NCBI RefSeq assembly: GCF_009914755.1 | Contig: NC_060943.1 | Strand: one strand, 5' to 3' | Origin: the human T2T-CHM13v2.0 reference genome, Homo sapiens | DNA: 64,000 nucleotides | Part shown: positions 1 through 26,540 of the stretch, one piece after another | Layout of the letters: each line of letters begins with the position of its first letter | Numbering within the stretch: position 1 is the stretch's first letter | Position numbers and translations under genes: made by a program | Notes under the pieces: model-generated | Databases searched by the model: none | What the model saw: the letters and a program-made list of their open reading frames with translations, nothing else | Told to the model about the DNA's origin: nothing

Positions 1-2
1 AA

Positions 3-33
<31 letters not shown>

Positions 34-637
34 CCTCACCAAAATCAGCTACCATCAGCCCGCAGCAGCCCCCACCCTCGCAGGCCGGGGGTCACCTTTC
101 CGCTGCCCACTATGCACCAGCGTGTACTCCTTTACCATGGCTCGGGCGGCCTGAGAAAAAGAATCCACACCCTCGTCTCAACCCACCACCAGGGATGGGG
201 GGCCTCCTCCTCGGGGCCTACAAGCTGATGCCAGGCACTCCAGGGTGGCCGCTCCTCTGCCTGCCGCCTCCGGGGCCGCAGCACGTGCTTCTGCCCACCT
301 CCCTCTCCGGCTGCCCAAAGAGCCCGTCTCTGTTCTGCTTTCAGTCCCAGGCAAAGCTGACTTTGTTTCTCCCCAGTTGTGGCCGAGGCTCAGCCGCCCC
401 CTGCCTCCGGGGTCTCTCTCCAGCGGCTCCTGCAGACCTGAGCTGCTCCCTCTCACTCTGTCCCCACCACCCGGAACACCCTGGCTCACCTACTCGACTG
501 CAGCCACCACCTGCTCGTCATCTTTCCAGACAGGACCCTACCTCCTGCGGAACCCACCACCGAGTTCCTCATTTCAATGCCCTTTTCTATTTCTATAAGT
601 TCTTATTTTATTTTTTTAACTCTGTCACCCAGGTTGA

Positions 638-949
<312 letters not shown>

Positions 950-1910
950 TGACAATTCTTCCTATTTCACCATCTTCATTTCGGGAAGTTCTCTGAGCGC
1001 GCAGAGAGTGTAAATGGACCTCAAACCCAAAAGAGGGGGCCCAGAGGTACCACGGCCGGAGGAGGATGCCGCCAGCCGCTCCGGATGGAACCCTTGGCGC
1101 CCACAGTTTGTGTGCTTGTGGGGGTGGCGTCTCAGGTCCATCTGTTCACCCTGTGTGGGGGCACAGGGTCTCTTCTTGTGCCCAGGGGCCTTTAACCCCG
1201 GCTGCTGCCACAGGAAACCCGCATGCCCAGCGCCTCCCTGGCCGTTCCGGGTCTTGGCTCCTTCTTTCTGGAACCGTCAAGTTTCCTTTCCTTCCTCTGA
1301 CCTAAGCCGTGTGCTGCACTGAACGTGAAAGGTCCCGTCTTCGCTCCAGCACTTCCAGAGTTTCCTGCAGGCGCCTCCGTCACCAGGCGGCCTTGCGTCC
1401 ACTCTGCACACTGGAAGTGGGTTCGGCCCTGAGGCCCCGCAGGAGGGCCGCTCACCCCTGGGCTGCTCAGCCTCACCTGACTGTTGCCTGTTTCTGAGCG
1501 GCCGTGTTCCCTGCTGTTCGTTCCGAGGCTCTGCACATCAGAACTGCCCCTCAGCAGGCACCCAGAGCCATCTCCCTGAAGGCAGAGACTCCTGGCCTGC
1601 CCTGTCCCTCCGTCTCCAGGGCCCAACATGGAGCCCAGCACCCAGCATAGCCAGTCCTCACGGACTCAAAGGACCACACTCTTTTCAAGAACATTCCTCC
1701 AAGGGGTGCCTGGCTCGCCCTGAACCCAGGACGCGGGTGAAACGGTTCATACTGCTCCGACGATGGGTCCCCTTGCCCTGGCTGTTTCTGTTTCAAAACC
1801 CCAGCAGCATCGTGGGGAGACGGGAAGCACGCAGGCACACGGGGACACTCAGGGTCCCCACGGCCACAAGAGACAGGGTGGAGCAGCAGGGGACCAGGCC
1901 AAGGGGCTAC

Positions 1911-2088
1911 CTGATGTCCTCGTCGGTCACCATGAAGGCTTTGCACAGGGGCTGCGTGGTGTTGAGCCATACGCCGGGGTTCTTCTCCACGGCGGCCGAG
2001 AGCTGTCCCGTGATGGGCATGGTGCTAGTGTGCAGGGCGCTGGCGATGGCCGACAGCAGCGTCTCATCCGTGCAGCCAGGTCCCACCC
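1911..2088 (-). CDS. MBD3: MBD3 exon 5 ([19 protein letters not shown]...[11 protein letters not shown]); remaining exons lie beyond the left edge
   Basis: gcag| acceptor, AG|GTAGCC donor, 178 nt; ORF 1907..2116. Confidence 0.96.
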
Positions 2089-2608
2089 CTGCCAGGCAGT
2101 GGACAAACAGCCGCAAGTGGAGAGGTCACCACGGGGCAGCTGTGGCCCAGACAGGCCACGGAAATGCCCCAAGAATGGGAGCTGCCACCTTCTTGGAAGG
2201 AACCCCAACTTGGGTTCCATTTCTAAATTCCCTCTCCCGCTTGTGTTACTACATTCATAACAGAAAAAAAAGCAAGTTAGGCCAGGCGTGGCGACTCCCG
2301 CCTGTAATCCCAGCATCTTGGGAGGGCGAGGTGGGAGGACTGATTGAGCTTAGGAGTTTGAGACCAGCCTGGACAACACAGTGAGACTCCTGTCTCTACA
2401 AAATAATTCAAAAATTAGCCAGGTGTCACGCTGCATACCTGTGGTCCCAGCTACTCAGGAGGCTGTGCTGAGAGAACCACTTGAGCCCGGGAGGTAGAGG
2501 CTGCTGTGAGTAGTAACGGCGCCACTGTACTTCAGCATGGGCCACGGAGAGGCTGCCTTTTGTTTTTGAGATGGGGTCTTGCTCTGTATCTTTTTTTTTT
2601 TTTTTTGA

Positions 2609-2791
<183 letters not shown>

Positions 2792-3440
2792 TAGCCAGGA
2801 TGGTCTCGATCTCCTGACCTCATGATCCGCCCGCCTTGGCCTCCCAGAGTGTTGGGATTACAGGCGTGAGCCACTGCACCTGGCCTTGCTCTGTATTTTC
2901 TGTAGAGATGGGGTCTCACTATGTTGTCCAAGCTGGTCTTAAACTTCTGAGATCAAGTGAAACTCCTGCCCCAGCCCCGCCAAGTGCTGGGATTATAGGT
3001 GTGAGCCACTGTACCCAGCCGACCCTGTCTCAAAAAACAACCACCAAAACCATGCAAGAGCTGCATTCTTTGTTCTGTGGTGTGGACGTGCTGGGAGAGT
3101 ACAGAAGCAAAGTCAGCTGTCCTTGTTTGTTTATTTAGGATCTCCATGGCAAAACTGCACGTCCTGCAGGTGAAAACAGCCCCAGGCCTGCGCCACACCT
3201 GGAAGCCACAAAGCCCCACCCGCAGGGTCTCCAAGGTCAAGAATGAAGGGCCCAGCCCAAGCGCCCTTACCCATCCCCAACCCCACTGGGTCCCCTCCTC
3301 CTGCCCCAGTCGCTGGCAGATTTGCCCTAAGCACCCAAAGCAGGAACAGCCATCCACCCTGCCAGGAGATGAGGGCACCTGCAGCACCTCCACCCCACCC
3401 GGCACATCCCCTTCCGCCTCCCCTCAGGGTGCCCGCTCAC

Positions 3441-3531
3441 CCTGCAGGCCCTTGGGGAGGTCCATGGTCTTGACCAGCTCCTCAGCAATGTCGAAGGCGT
3501 TCAGGCCGCTCAGCTTCTTCTCCCAGAAGAG
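3441..3531 (-). CDS. MBD3: MBD3 exon 4 (LFWEKKLSGLNAFDIAEELVKTMDLPKGLQ)
   Basis: gcag| acceptor, G|GTGAGC donor, 91 nt; frame continuous with neighbouring exons. Confidence 0.96.
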
Positions 3532-3781
3532 CTGCCCCAGACACATATGTGAACCTCAAGAGTGGCCCTGCCCTCTCCCCACTCCAGGTCCTTGCTGGGC
3601 TCCAGGGAGGCCCACCTGGCCTCCTTGCCCCATGTGGGTCCCAATGGGGCATCTCCCCTCCCACTGCCTTGGGTCTCCAGACCCTGCCCAGGCTTTCCAC
3701 AGCCAGGGATCCAGTGGACGTTTGTAAATAAGAATAAAAAATACACATGGGGTGGCTCACGCCTGTAATCCCAGCACTTTA

Positions 3782-3988
<207 letters not shown>

Positions 3989-4294
3989 CTACAGCCTGGA
4001 CAACAAGAGCAAAACTCCATCTCAAAAAAGAAAAAAAAAAAAAAAAATTAGCCGTGCATTGTGACGGGTACCTGAAATCCCAGCTACTTGTGAGGCTGAG
4101 GTGGAAGGATCACTTGAACCCAGTTGAAACCAGGAGGCAGAGGTTGTAGTGAGTTAAGATCCTGCCACTGCACTCCAGCCTGGGTGACAGAGCGAGACTC
4201 TGTCACAAAAAAAAAAAAAAAAAAAAGAAAAAACAAAAAGAAAATACACACGGTTCTCAGGTTTTTAAGAAGTAGGTTACACAGTCACATATGG

Positions 4295-5311
<1,017 letters not shown>

Positions 5312-5358
5312 TGAACAACCCGGCCGGGAAGGCTGGGGTCGCTGTGCGTTGAGCTCAC

Positions 5359-5496
5359 CTGGCGCGGCTGGTCCACCGCCTTCTGCGGGTCGCTCTTGAC
5401 CTTGTTGCTGGGGTGGTTGGTAATCTTGGTCACCGGCTGCTTGAAGATGGACGCCGTCTGGCGCACGGGCAGCGCCGTGTTCAGGTCGGGCTTGCC
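5359..5496 (-). CDS. MBD3: MBD3 exon 3 (GKPDLNTALPVRQTASIFKQPVTKITNHPSNKVKSDPQKAVDQPRQ)
   Basis: cag| acceptor, CAG|GTGAGC donor, 138 nt. Confidence 0.97.
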
Positions 5497-5873
5497 CTGC
5501 GGGAGGAAGGATATGCAGTCCGGCCTGGGGGCGCCCCGGCGGCGCGGAGCCTCAGGGGGTGCGGGGCCCGGGTGACCCCCTGCTTTGCCGGCGCCCCTCG
5601 TGTCCCCCGCGCCCGCCAGGACCCCCACGGTCCGGGGAGGCCGCTCCCGCAGGGTCGGTCCGGCCGGCTCTGGAACGCCCGCCGCGGGCCGCGTCCTCGC
5701 CATGCGCCTTGCGCTCTGCACCCTGTGGCCTGCGCCTTCCGCTCTGTGCCCTCCGCCCGCTGTGACCTCCTGCGCTCAGGACGCCGGGCTGTGTCGCCTG
5801 CAGCTCACGTCATGGCCGCGTCCCCGCCTAGAACGCCCCGCGCCGACGTCACCTGCGTGACGCCACCACTCAC

Positions 5874-6033
5874 CTTGACCTGGTTGGAGGAGTCGTAGCG
5901 CACGCGCTGGCGGCTCTTGTTCATCTTGCTCATCAGCATCTTGCCCGTGCGGAAGTCGAAGGTGCTCAGGTCCATGGAGCCGCCCAGGTAGCGCGCCAGC
6001 TGCGGCTTGCTGCGGAACTTCTTCCCGCTCGGG
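5874..6033 (-). CDS. MBD3: MBD3 exon 2 (SPSGKKFRSKPQLARYLGGSMDLSTFDFRTGKM...SSNQVK)
   Basis: ccgcag| acceptor, AAG|GTGAGT donor, 160 nt; second half of the MBD domain; seen in ORF 5805..6296. Confidence 0.97.
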
Positions 6034-6067
6034 CTGCGGGGAGGCGGGACGGTCGGCGCCCCGGGCG

Positions 6068-6372
6068 GACCCCAGACCCCAAACCCAGGCCTCGGCCGCA
6101 GACCCAAACCCAGTCCCAGCCCCAGCTTCAGGTCGCGACCCCAGCCCCAGACCCCAACACGGCCCTGACCCCAAACCCAGGCAGGCCCTGGCCCCAGCCC
6201 CAGACCCCAACCCTGGCGTGACCCCAGACCTTCATCCCAGACCCCAGCACCCCACAACTGGCCCCTAGATCTGGGCGCCAGCCAGACCCAGAGCACTGGC
6301 CCCGATCCTCACACCCTGGCCCTAGCCCCAGCCTCCACATCGGATCCTTGCTCCAGACCCCCAACCCCGGTC
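6068..6372 (+). repeat. Degenerate (CCCAGA/CCCAGC/CCCAAA)n tract at the 3' end of MBD3 intron 1
   Basis: Directly visible; G-runs on the transcribed strand. Confidence 0.8.
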
Positions 6373-6829
6373 CCCTCTGAATCCTCCCCACCGTAGGCCC
6401 TGGCAGCGTCAGGCACAGCAGACGCTGAGTTCGGGTACAAACGCTACTACCTACAGGGCTTTGGGCCCCGGCTCTGGGAGGATGGCTCACATGTCCAGAA
6501 CATTCCAGACATGGAATTTAGGTCACATTCTTGAGAAAAGACCCCACGGAGAACAGGTATGTGAGGGACAGCCCTAAAAGCAATCTTCTTCCACCTTGGG
6601 GTTACAGCAGCAGGGCCAGACTGGGAAGGGGTCTCGTTCTAAGATCTGGGGCCAGGCCCTAACAGCTGCTTGGGCATAACCCGACTGGAGAGCTCGCAAC
6701 AAGGCAGCCAGGTAAACACAGACCTGCTCTCAGACACGGGGCTCTGCTCTCAGCCTGCCATGGACAAGCGCCGGCAACTCATCCTCTCCAGGACATAAGG
6801 ACACCCACCAATGGGTTGCCCTGTGTGTC

Positions 6830-7335
6830 ACATGAGGTCACACTACAGGATGACAAGCACCCAACCCAACACACCGTCATCATGGTTGGGATGTAAGATG
6901 GAACAGCCATGTTGGAAAAGCCTGACAGCTCTTCACTGAGTTTCCAGATGACCCGGCCACGCCACTCTTAGGTATCTGCCCGAAAAATGAGCACGCATCC
7001 ACACCATCACTTCTACACGGATGTCCCCAGGAGCCAGAAGGTGGAAGCAGCCCAGACGCCTTCAATGGATGAACGGACAAACGCCCATCCACACGATGGG
7101 ACATACTCAGCCATGAAAAGGAGCGAGGCTCTGACACAGGCCACAGCGTGGATGCACCTTGAGGACGCCACATTCAGTGAGAGACGCCAGACACAAAAGG
7201 CCACACAGTGTGTGATCCCATTTCTAAGAAATGTCTAGAACAGGATAATTCAGAGACAGGAAGGGGACGCGTAGTGCCAGAGGCTGGGGTGCAGGATGTG
7301 GAGTGGCTGCTGATAGGGACAGGACTTCGTTTCTC
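6830..7335 (+). mobile_element. L1MB/L1MC-like 3' end fragment
   Basis: ATGGATGAACGGACAAAC...GGATGCACCTTGAGGAC...AGTGAGAGACGCCAGACACAAAAGGCCACA...; further pieces at ~9660-9860 and ~10690-10850. Confidence 0.65.
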
Positions 7336-7339
7336 TCTT

Positions 7340-11450
<4,111 letters not shown>

Positions 11451-12879
11451 GGTAGCTTTTGTGGAATGTGAATTATATCTCAATTTTAAATAAAGGTTAT
11501 GCCCATCTATTGACACAAAATGATGTCCCTGAGATTTTATTCAATGAAAAAAGAACAGCCTTGATAAAACCACACGTATAGAAAAAAGTGGGCAACATGG
11601 CCTGAACTCTCCCCAGGCACCCCCAACAGAAAACGCAGTCTGGGAGCCTGCAGCCTCAGATGAAGGGCTGGGTTGAGGCCCCAGACCTGCAGAGGGCGGC
11701 TCTGGGCTGCCTGGCTTCACCCTCTGCAGAGAAACCTGAAATCTCTAGCCTGTAGAGGAGCTTCTCCCTGCTTTTCTCCACTGCTAGACCCTCATGCTCA
11801 GGGCCAGGGCCCAGAGTGGGAATGAGAGAGGTGGGGTGATGACAGCCTCAGGATACTCCGCTCAAGCTGGCCTTGGTTCTAGCTCCCAAGCTGCAGCCAC
11901 CTCTTAGGGGGTTCCTGCTGCCTGGACGCCTCTCCCTGTCACTCAATGTCACGTCCTCAGAGAAGCCCTCCCTGACCCCAGTCTCATTCAGGCCCCGTCA
12001 TCTGCCCTCCCAGATTTCAGCATGTGTCACTGCAGATCTCAGGACGTGTACAGGGTTCCAGCTCATAAGGGTACACATTTGGGGACCAAGTTTCCCCTCT
12101 CTTGCTGTCCTCCAACTTTCCAGGAACCAGTCCCTGAGCTCCTCCTGCAGGACGAGGCCCCACACATTGCTTCTGATCACAGCCATCCTTTCCCCGCTCA
12201 CTTTTCTCACTTTATCTCCCCAAACCGGGACAGTCAAGAACCACAGAGGACCGAAGTGCACAGTGGACGGAGCGGTCGTTCTGCCCCTCCTTGGCTCGTG
12301 GAAACCACCCGCCCTCACCTGGGCGGTCTCCTGCCCACGACCCCGAGCTGTGGGAAAAAGGGGGACCAGCCGCACACCCCCCTTTACCCAGGTGCTCGGC
12401 ACATGGCAGGCGTCCTCCGCTTTCCCCTCCTGGGGGACCTGAAGGCGCCACGGGACACTGAACCAAGGGGAGGGCGCAATCAAAGCTGGCCCAGAATCAA
12501 AAGCATCTTTCCCGAGCCAGGAAAAAAAAAAAAAAGAGGACAAACAGCAGGTGGCCGACTGTCTGGGACTTGGCTGCAGCAGGCGACTAAGTCTTTGTTC
12601 CACGGAGGGGGTTCCCTGCGACCTTTCAGAGCAGCGCCTTGTTCCAATTTGGGGACGGGGGGGTCTCTGAAAGCCTTCCACCACCAGTAACATCCACGCA
12701 AAGACTACCGTTAGGTGGGCTCGGAAAGTCGAAAGCCTCAGGTCTCCACCCTGAGGGGGCCACGACCCAAGAGGACCAGAGGCCTCGGAAGGAGTCAAGG
12801 GGAATACCTTTAAAAAAAGCAACGCTGCGTGGGAGACCAGTCACCCTGAGGCGCTTATTCCCAGGACTGGGGCGAGCCC

Positions 12880-14000
12880 AAGAACCCGTATTTTCACGCA
12901 CGCCCTCCCCGATCCGCCCATGAGCCCTGCTCCCCGAAATCCCGGCTGGCCACCCCCTCGGGCTCCGCGCCACCCCAGGAGCGCCCCAAGAAGGCACCCC
13001 CTGCGTCTCACGGGAACCAAAGGGACAGCCCACCCTCCACCCCTGCCCCCCGGTAGCATCTGGCCGCCGCCAGGCGCCCCTGGCCCAGCGCGCACGAACA
13101 AAGGCCGCAGTCGCCGTCCGGCAGCCAGTCCCTGAACGGCCGGCCGAAAGCCATGCGGCCCAACAAGCGGCGCACGCGCACTGGGCCTCCGCGCGCCGGG
13201 CGCACACGCACGCAAGACGCACGCACGCACGCACGACGCACGCGCGGGGCCCAGGCCGCGGCCCGGGGCAGGGGCGCCGAGGCCGCCGCAGAGGCCGCTG
13301 GGAGGAGCCCGTTGAGGCCCTGCGCGGCCGGCGCGCTCATTCACCTATAGTAAAAGACATCCCTGTGGCCGGCCGACAGCCCCGACCTTCTGGGCACTTC
13401 TTCCCTCTCCCAGCCCTGCGGGAGCGCCGGGCACTCCCACCTCTTCCGCTCCATTGCGCCCGGCTCCTCGGCCCGCCGCCGGGCCCGCCGCCGCCGCCCG
13501 GACCCCCACTCGCCGCCGCCGCCTCAGCTGCCTCCGCTGCCGCTGCCGCCGCCGCCACTTGCCGCGGCTGTTCCGGCCCGCGGGCCCCCGCCCTCCGCCC
13601 CCAGCCGGGCGCGCGCCGGCTTTGCCGCCCTTTCGGCCCCCTCCCCGCGCTCGCCAGCCCCCGCTCGGGGGGCCCGCTCCGCCCACCCGCCCGCGCGGGG
13701 CCCCGCGCTGCGCAGCCGCGGCGCCATGCCCCCGCCCCTCTACGGCCCCGCCAATCAGCGCGCTGGGAGGGGGCGGGGCCTTAAGTGGCGTGCGCGCCTG
13801 CGCGCTGTGCCTTGCGAGCTGCCAGTGCCCAGCAGCTGTGCCCGGAGTCCGCGCGGCTCCTTTTACTGTGCCCTGTCTCTGCCGGCCGCCTGGTGCGCGT
13901 GCGCGGGGACATGCTTTCGGACTAGTGGGGTCCTTTCCTCCGACCTTTCTCCAGCCCAAGTCTTGGGGACTCTGGCCCAGTGACTGGACCTCGACTTCCC
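12880..14000. promoter_or_regulatory. MBD3 CpG-island promoter and 5'UTR
   Basis: Very high CpG density; CCAAT box at ~13751, GC box GGGGCGGGG at ~13770, GCGC-rich NRF1-like motifs at ~13790 and ~13895; interrupted GCC/GCT repeat at ~13473-13556. Confidence 0.88.
13345..13454 (-). CDS. MBD3: MBD3 coding exon 1 (MERKRWECPALPQGWEREEVPRRSGLSAGHRDVFYYS)
   Basis: ATG at 13454; MBD-domain N-terminus with the MBD3-diagnostic H30/F34; donor AG|GTGAAT; 110 nt, phase 2. An internal donor AG|GTGGGA after 13441 (14 nt, same phase) matches the known MBD3b isoform. Confidence 0.97.
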
Positions 14001-14067
14001 CGCCCTCCTGGTCTCCCAGCTTCCGAGCTTTTTACGAGCGTCCAAATCTGGGGGACTTCCCCCGTGA

Positions 14068-18160
<4,093 letters not shown>

Positions 18161-18184
18161 TCATTTTTGTATCCCTAATGTGAC

Positions 18185-18700
18185 AGTTTGAAATGTCTAC
18201 CAATTCTGATATTCTTCCCTTCAAAACACAGAACCTCATTCTCCTCCCTCTGCACGTGGGCTGGGCCTGGGGGGCTTGCTTTTGATAAACAGGCTGTGGC
18301 GGAAGTGATCACGTGAGACTTCTCAGGGTGGCTCATAGAAGCACTGTGGCTTGCTCCTTCCTCTCCCTTGGTTCACCTGCTCTGGGGAAGGCAGAGGCCA
18401 TGCCGTGAGGATGCTCAAGCAGCTTCGTGTAGGGGCCCCCATGGGAAGGAACTGTGGCTGTCACCGACAGCCACGTGAGGGCACTGGCTTGGAAGTGGCT
18501 CCAGCCCCAGTTGAGCCTTCCTCAGACGAAGTGGCCTTGGCTGATGTCTTAACTGCAACCTCATGAGAGACTCTGGGCCACAACCACCCAGATACATCAC
18601 TCCCAAATCCCCGACTGACACAGACTGTGAGAGAGTGAATGTTCGTTGCTTTAAGCCACTACGTGTGGGTGACTTGTTAAGGCAGCAACGGATGAACACA
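18185..18700 (+). mobile_element. MLT1-family (MaLR) LTR inside the long UQCR11 3'UTR; a related Alu-split copy at ~22020-22650
   Basis: GGCCATGCCGTGAGG...CCAGCCCCAGTTGAGCCTTC...ACTGCAACCTCATGAGAGACTCTG...TGCTTTAAGCCACT, typical of MLT1. Confidence 0.65.
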
Positions 18701-19206
18701 CTGCAGATACTACTTATGAGCCATTTCAAATAGGCAGTTTCTGTCAGCCATTGGAACACTCTCCTAGACTTGCAACATTCTGGAGCTGAAAGGACGCCTG
18801 GGTCACCTGTGCCACTCCAGCTACAGTCACAGTAACCAAGCCACCAGCATGATCAACATCCGGGCACGGAGCAGGTTTCAGTGAGGTTTAATGCAACGTG
18901 CATTAAAATATCCAAGCTGTTTTCAGAAACATAAGAAGCCTGAAGCTGAGCTGTGGGTTTCCTCTTGTCCATCCTGAGGCTTGGGCTGCTCCAGATGCAG
19001 CAGGTGCTGAGGTGGGAGGAGCTAGCACCACCAGGCACCTGGAGGGAGAGCAGACGAGGCAGGGTGAGTAGAAGTGTCCCTTCCAGGCTGGGTGCAGTGG
19101 CTCACGCCTCTAATCCCAGCACTTTGGGAGGCCGAGGCGGGCGCATCACCTGAGGTCAGGAGTTTGAGACCAGCTTGATTAACATGGAGAAACCCCATCT
19201 CTGCTA

Positions 19207-19679
<473 letters not shown>

Positions 19680-20262
19680 TCAAACAGTGGCATGGCCTCA
19701 GGCCTCAGGCCAGCACCTGGAAAATGGGGGTGTAAGAGCACGGCCACGTGGGACTGTCATGTGGGCACTGGGAAGATGCCACAGGCACTGTGGTTAAGGG
19801 GGCAGCTGGCATGCTGGAGAAACACGTGGATGCGTCCAGGGCCTCACAGGCGCTTCCAAGAGCTCATGGGGTGTCCAGCCACTGTGGGCCAGCCTCCACC
19901 TTCCCCCTCTGTCTGTAACATGGGCCCCACCCAGTTCAGGCTGCAGTGCCCACTGAGACGGAAGCAAGGTTTGCCTCAAAGACTCACTGGGATTGTCCAG
20001 AGGGAGGGCGAGGCCCACACCCCAATCACACAACCCAAGGCTGCGGGGCGGACAGTTCTGTGCCCGTGGGCCGGAGATGCCAGAAGGGGCACCCAGGGCC
20101 CCACTCTCGAATGCAGGTCTCTCCAGGGGGAGCAGTGAGGGCTGCCGCCCCGGCTCTGGGAGCCTGGAGAACCCACTCTTCGGCCACCATCCGGCCATCA
20201 TGCAGTCCACCCACCGCAGCCCACTGAAACTTACCAGAGCAGTCTGTGAAGGGTTTGTGTAA

Positions 20263-20383
20263 TTAATTATCCTTCTTAAACTTGCCATTGATGTAAGGTA
20301 CCCAGTCCAGGATCAGCCGCCAATCGGTGGCCCACACCAGCCCCACGGCGCCCACAGCGCCCCATGTGTAGGCCGTCGGGACC
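20263..20383 (-). CDS. UQCR11: UQCR11 coding exon 2 (VPTAYTWGAVGAVGLVWATDWRLILDWVPYINGKFKKDN*)
   Basis: gcag| acceptor, TAA at 20263-20265, total CDS 171 nt = 56 aa; exon continues to donor TG|GTAAGT at 20235 (28 nt past the stop, within the NMD-escape distance). Confidence 0.96.
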
Positions 20384-20908
20384 CTGCGAGAGGAGAGGGG
20401 ATGGTCAGGCCTGCTCTGGACCCTTTCTCCAAGACCCTCTCCTGCCCACCCCGGCCCCCCGTCCTGAGCGGTGATGGCTGAGGTGCGGGCCTGGCACCTG
20501 TGCCCGCCCAGTGCTGTGAGCCCTGAGGGCTGGCACCAGCAGCACAGGCCCTGCCCATGCTGCCGGCTCTCAGGAAGCCAGTAACTGCTCAAGGGGCTGC
20601 TGGGGTGGGAGTGGAGCTGGGGGGAGGCTGGGCCTGGCGCATGTGTAGGTGTTTGTAAGTTTGCAACCACCATGATGATGGGTCCGGTCTGCTGCAGTCT
20701 GCAGAAATTCATCCATCCCTGCCACAGCTGCAGGACTCAGGCAGGTGCCGCCATCACAGTCCCTGTTCCCAGGCGAGGACACCAAACAACAGACAGGGCG
20801 AGGCCCTCACCTGAGGCCACACAGCTGGCGAGGATCGAGGCCTCCGGTTCCAAGCTCACGCTCTTGCCCACCACGGCACGTGCTGTGAGAGCTCCCCTGA
20901 GTTGCCTG

Positions 20909-25655
<4,747 letters not shown>

Positions 25656-25829
25656 CTTGCTTCTTAGCACCCCACGTGGAAACACCAGACAACCCTACGG
25701 AGGCCACCCCCAGCCCGGCTTCTATGGGGGCCACCCCTATGCCGTCCCGCTGCCCACGTGGGCTCAGGCGCAGCTGAAGCTTTCACGCTCCTTGTTAAAA
25801 ATCATAAAAACCAAAATAGTGGCAAAGGC

Positions 25830-26540
25830 CGAAGATGCCGCGAGTGCTGGGCTGGGGATCGGGACTCGGCACCTTCTGGGCGCTTCCGTCCAGGGGGTCA
25901 CCATTCGGATCCCCCGGTAGAGATGGGGAAACTGAGGCTTGGAGCGGCCTAGCCGCGGAGCCGGGCATGCTGGGGTTTGGCCTTGGGTCCGTCACGTCCC
26001 GTTCACGCCGGGACGCGCCGCTCCGCCTCTCGGCCTCAGTTTCCCCCTCTGTCACCGGGAACAACAAGGGACCTGGGCCCGGCCCGGCCCGGCCCCCGGA
26101 AACGCGCACAAATACGGAACGCAGCGGCGCGGGGCTGGGCCGAGGCGGGAGCGCGGATGGGGCCGCGGGTCGGCGTCCTCACCAGTTCTTGACCAGCTCC
26201 CGGTAGCGTGGGCCCAGGAACCGGGTCACCATCGCGGCGGAGTCGCACCCTCAGGATGACCCTGTCCAGCTGACCCGGCTACACTGCGCAGGCGCGGCCG
26301 CGGCGCGCACGCGCGCGGGGAGGGCGGGGGGGGGGGGGGAGGAAAAAAAAACATCATCCGCCACTGTGCGCGCAGACCCGGAAGCCACTTACAGTAACTT
26401 CCGGCGAGGGTTGGACGACCGCGGAGAAGTGGTCCGGAGTGGGCGGCGTTAGGGCGGTGCTTTCTGGCCACGTGGTCTGGCGGCCGATTGTGCTTCTGGG
26501 CTCCGCGGGGCTACCTGCCAGTGATTTTGTGCGCCTAGTA
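25830..26540. promoter_or_regulatory. UQCR11 CpG-island promoter with NRF1 and ETS/GABP motifs
   Basis: TGCGCAGGCGC at 26285-26295, CCGGAAG at ~26378, ACTTCCGG at ~26397, long G tract at 26326-26339; typical of nuclear-encoded OXPHOS gene promoters. Confidence 0.82.
26183..26232 (-). CDS. UQCR11: UQCR11 coding exon 1 (MVTRFLGPRYRELVKNW)
   Basis: ATG at 26232 (gccgcgATGG), donor TG|GTGAGG, 50 nt; N-terminus of the 6.4 kDa complex III subunit. Confidence 0.96.

Noticed and set aside
11873-12822. Overlapping 189-274 aa ORFs in MBD3 intron 1
   Set aside because: Non-ATG starts, no homology I recognise, partly old repeat-like sequence.
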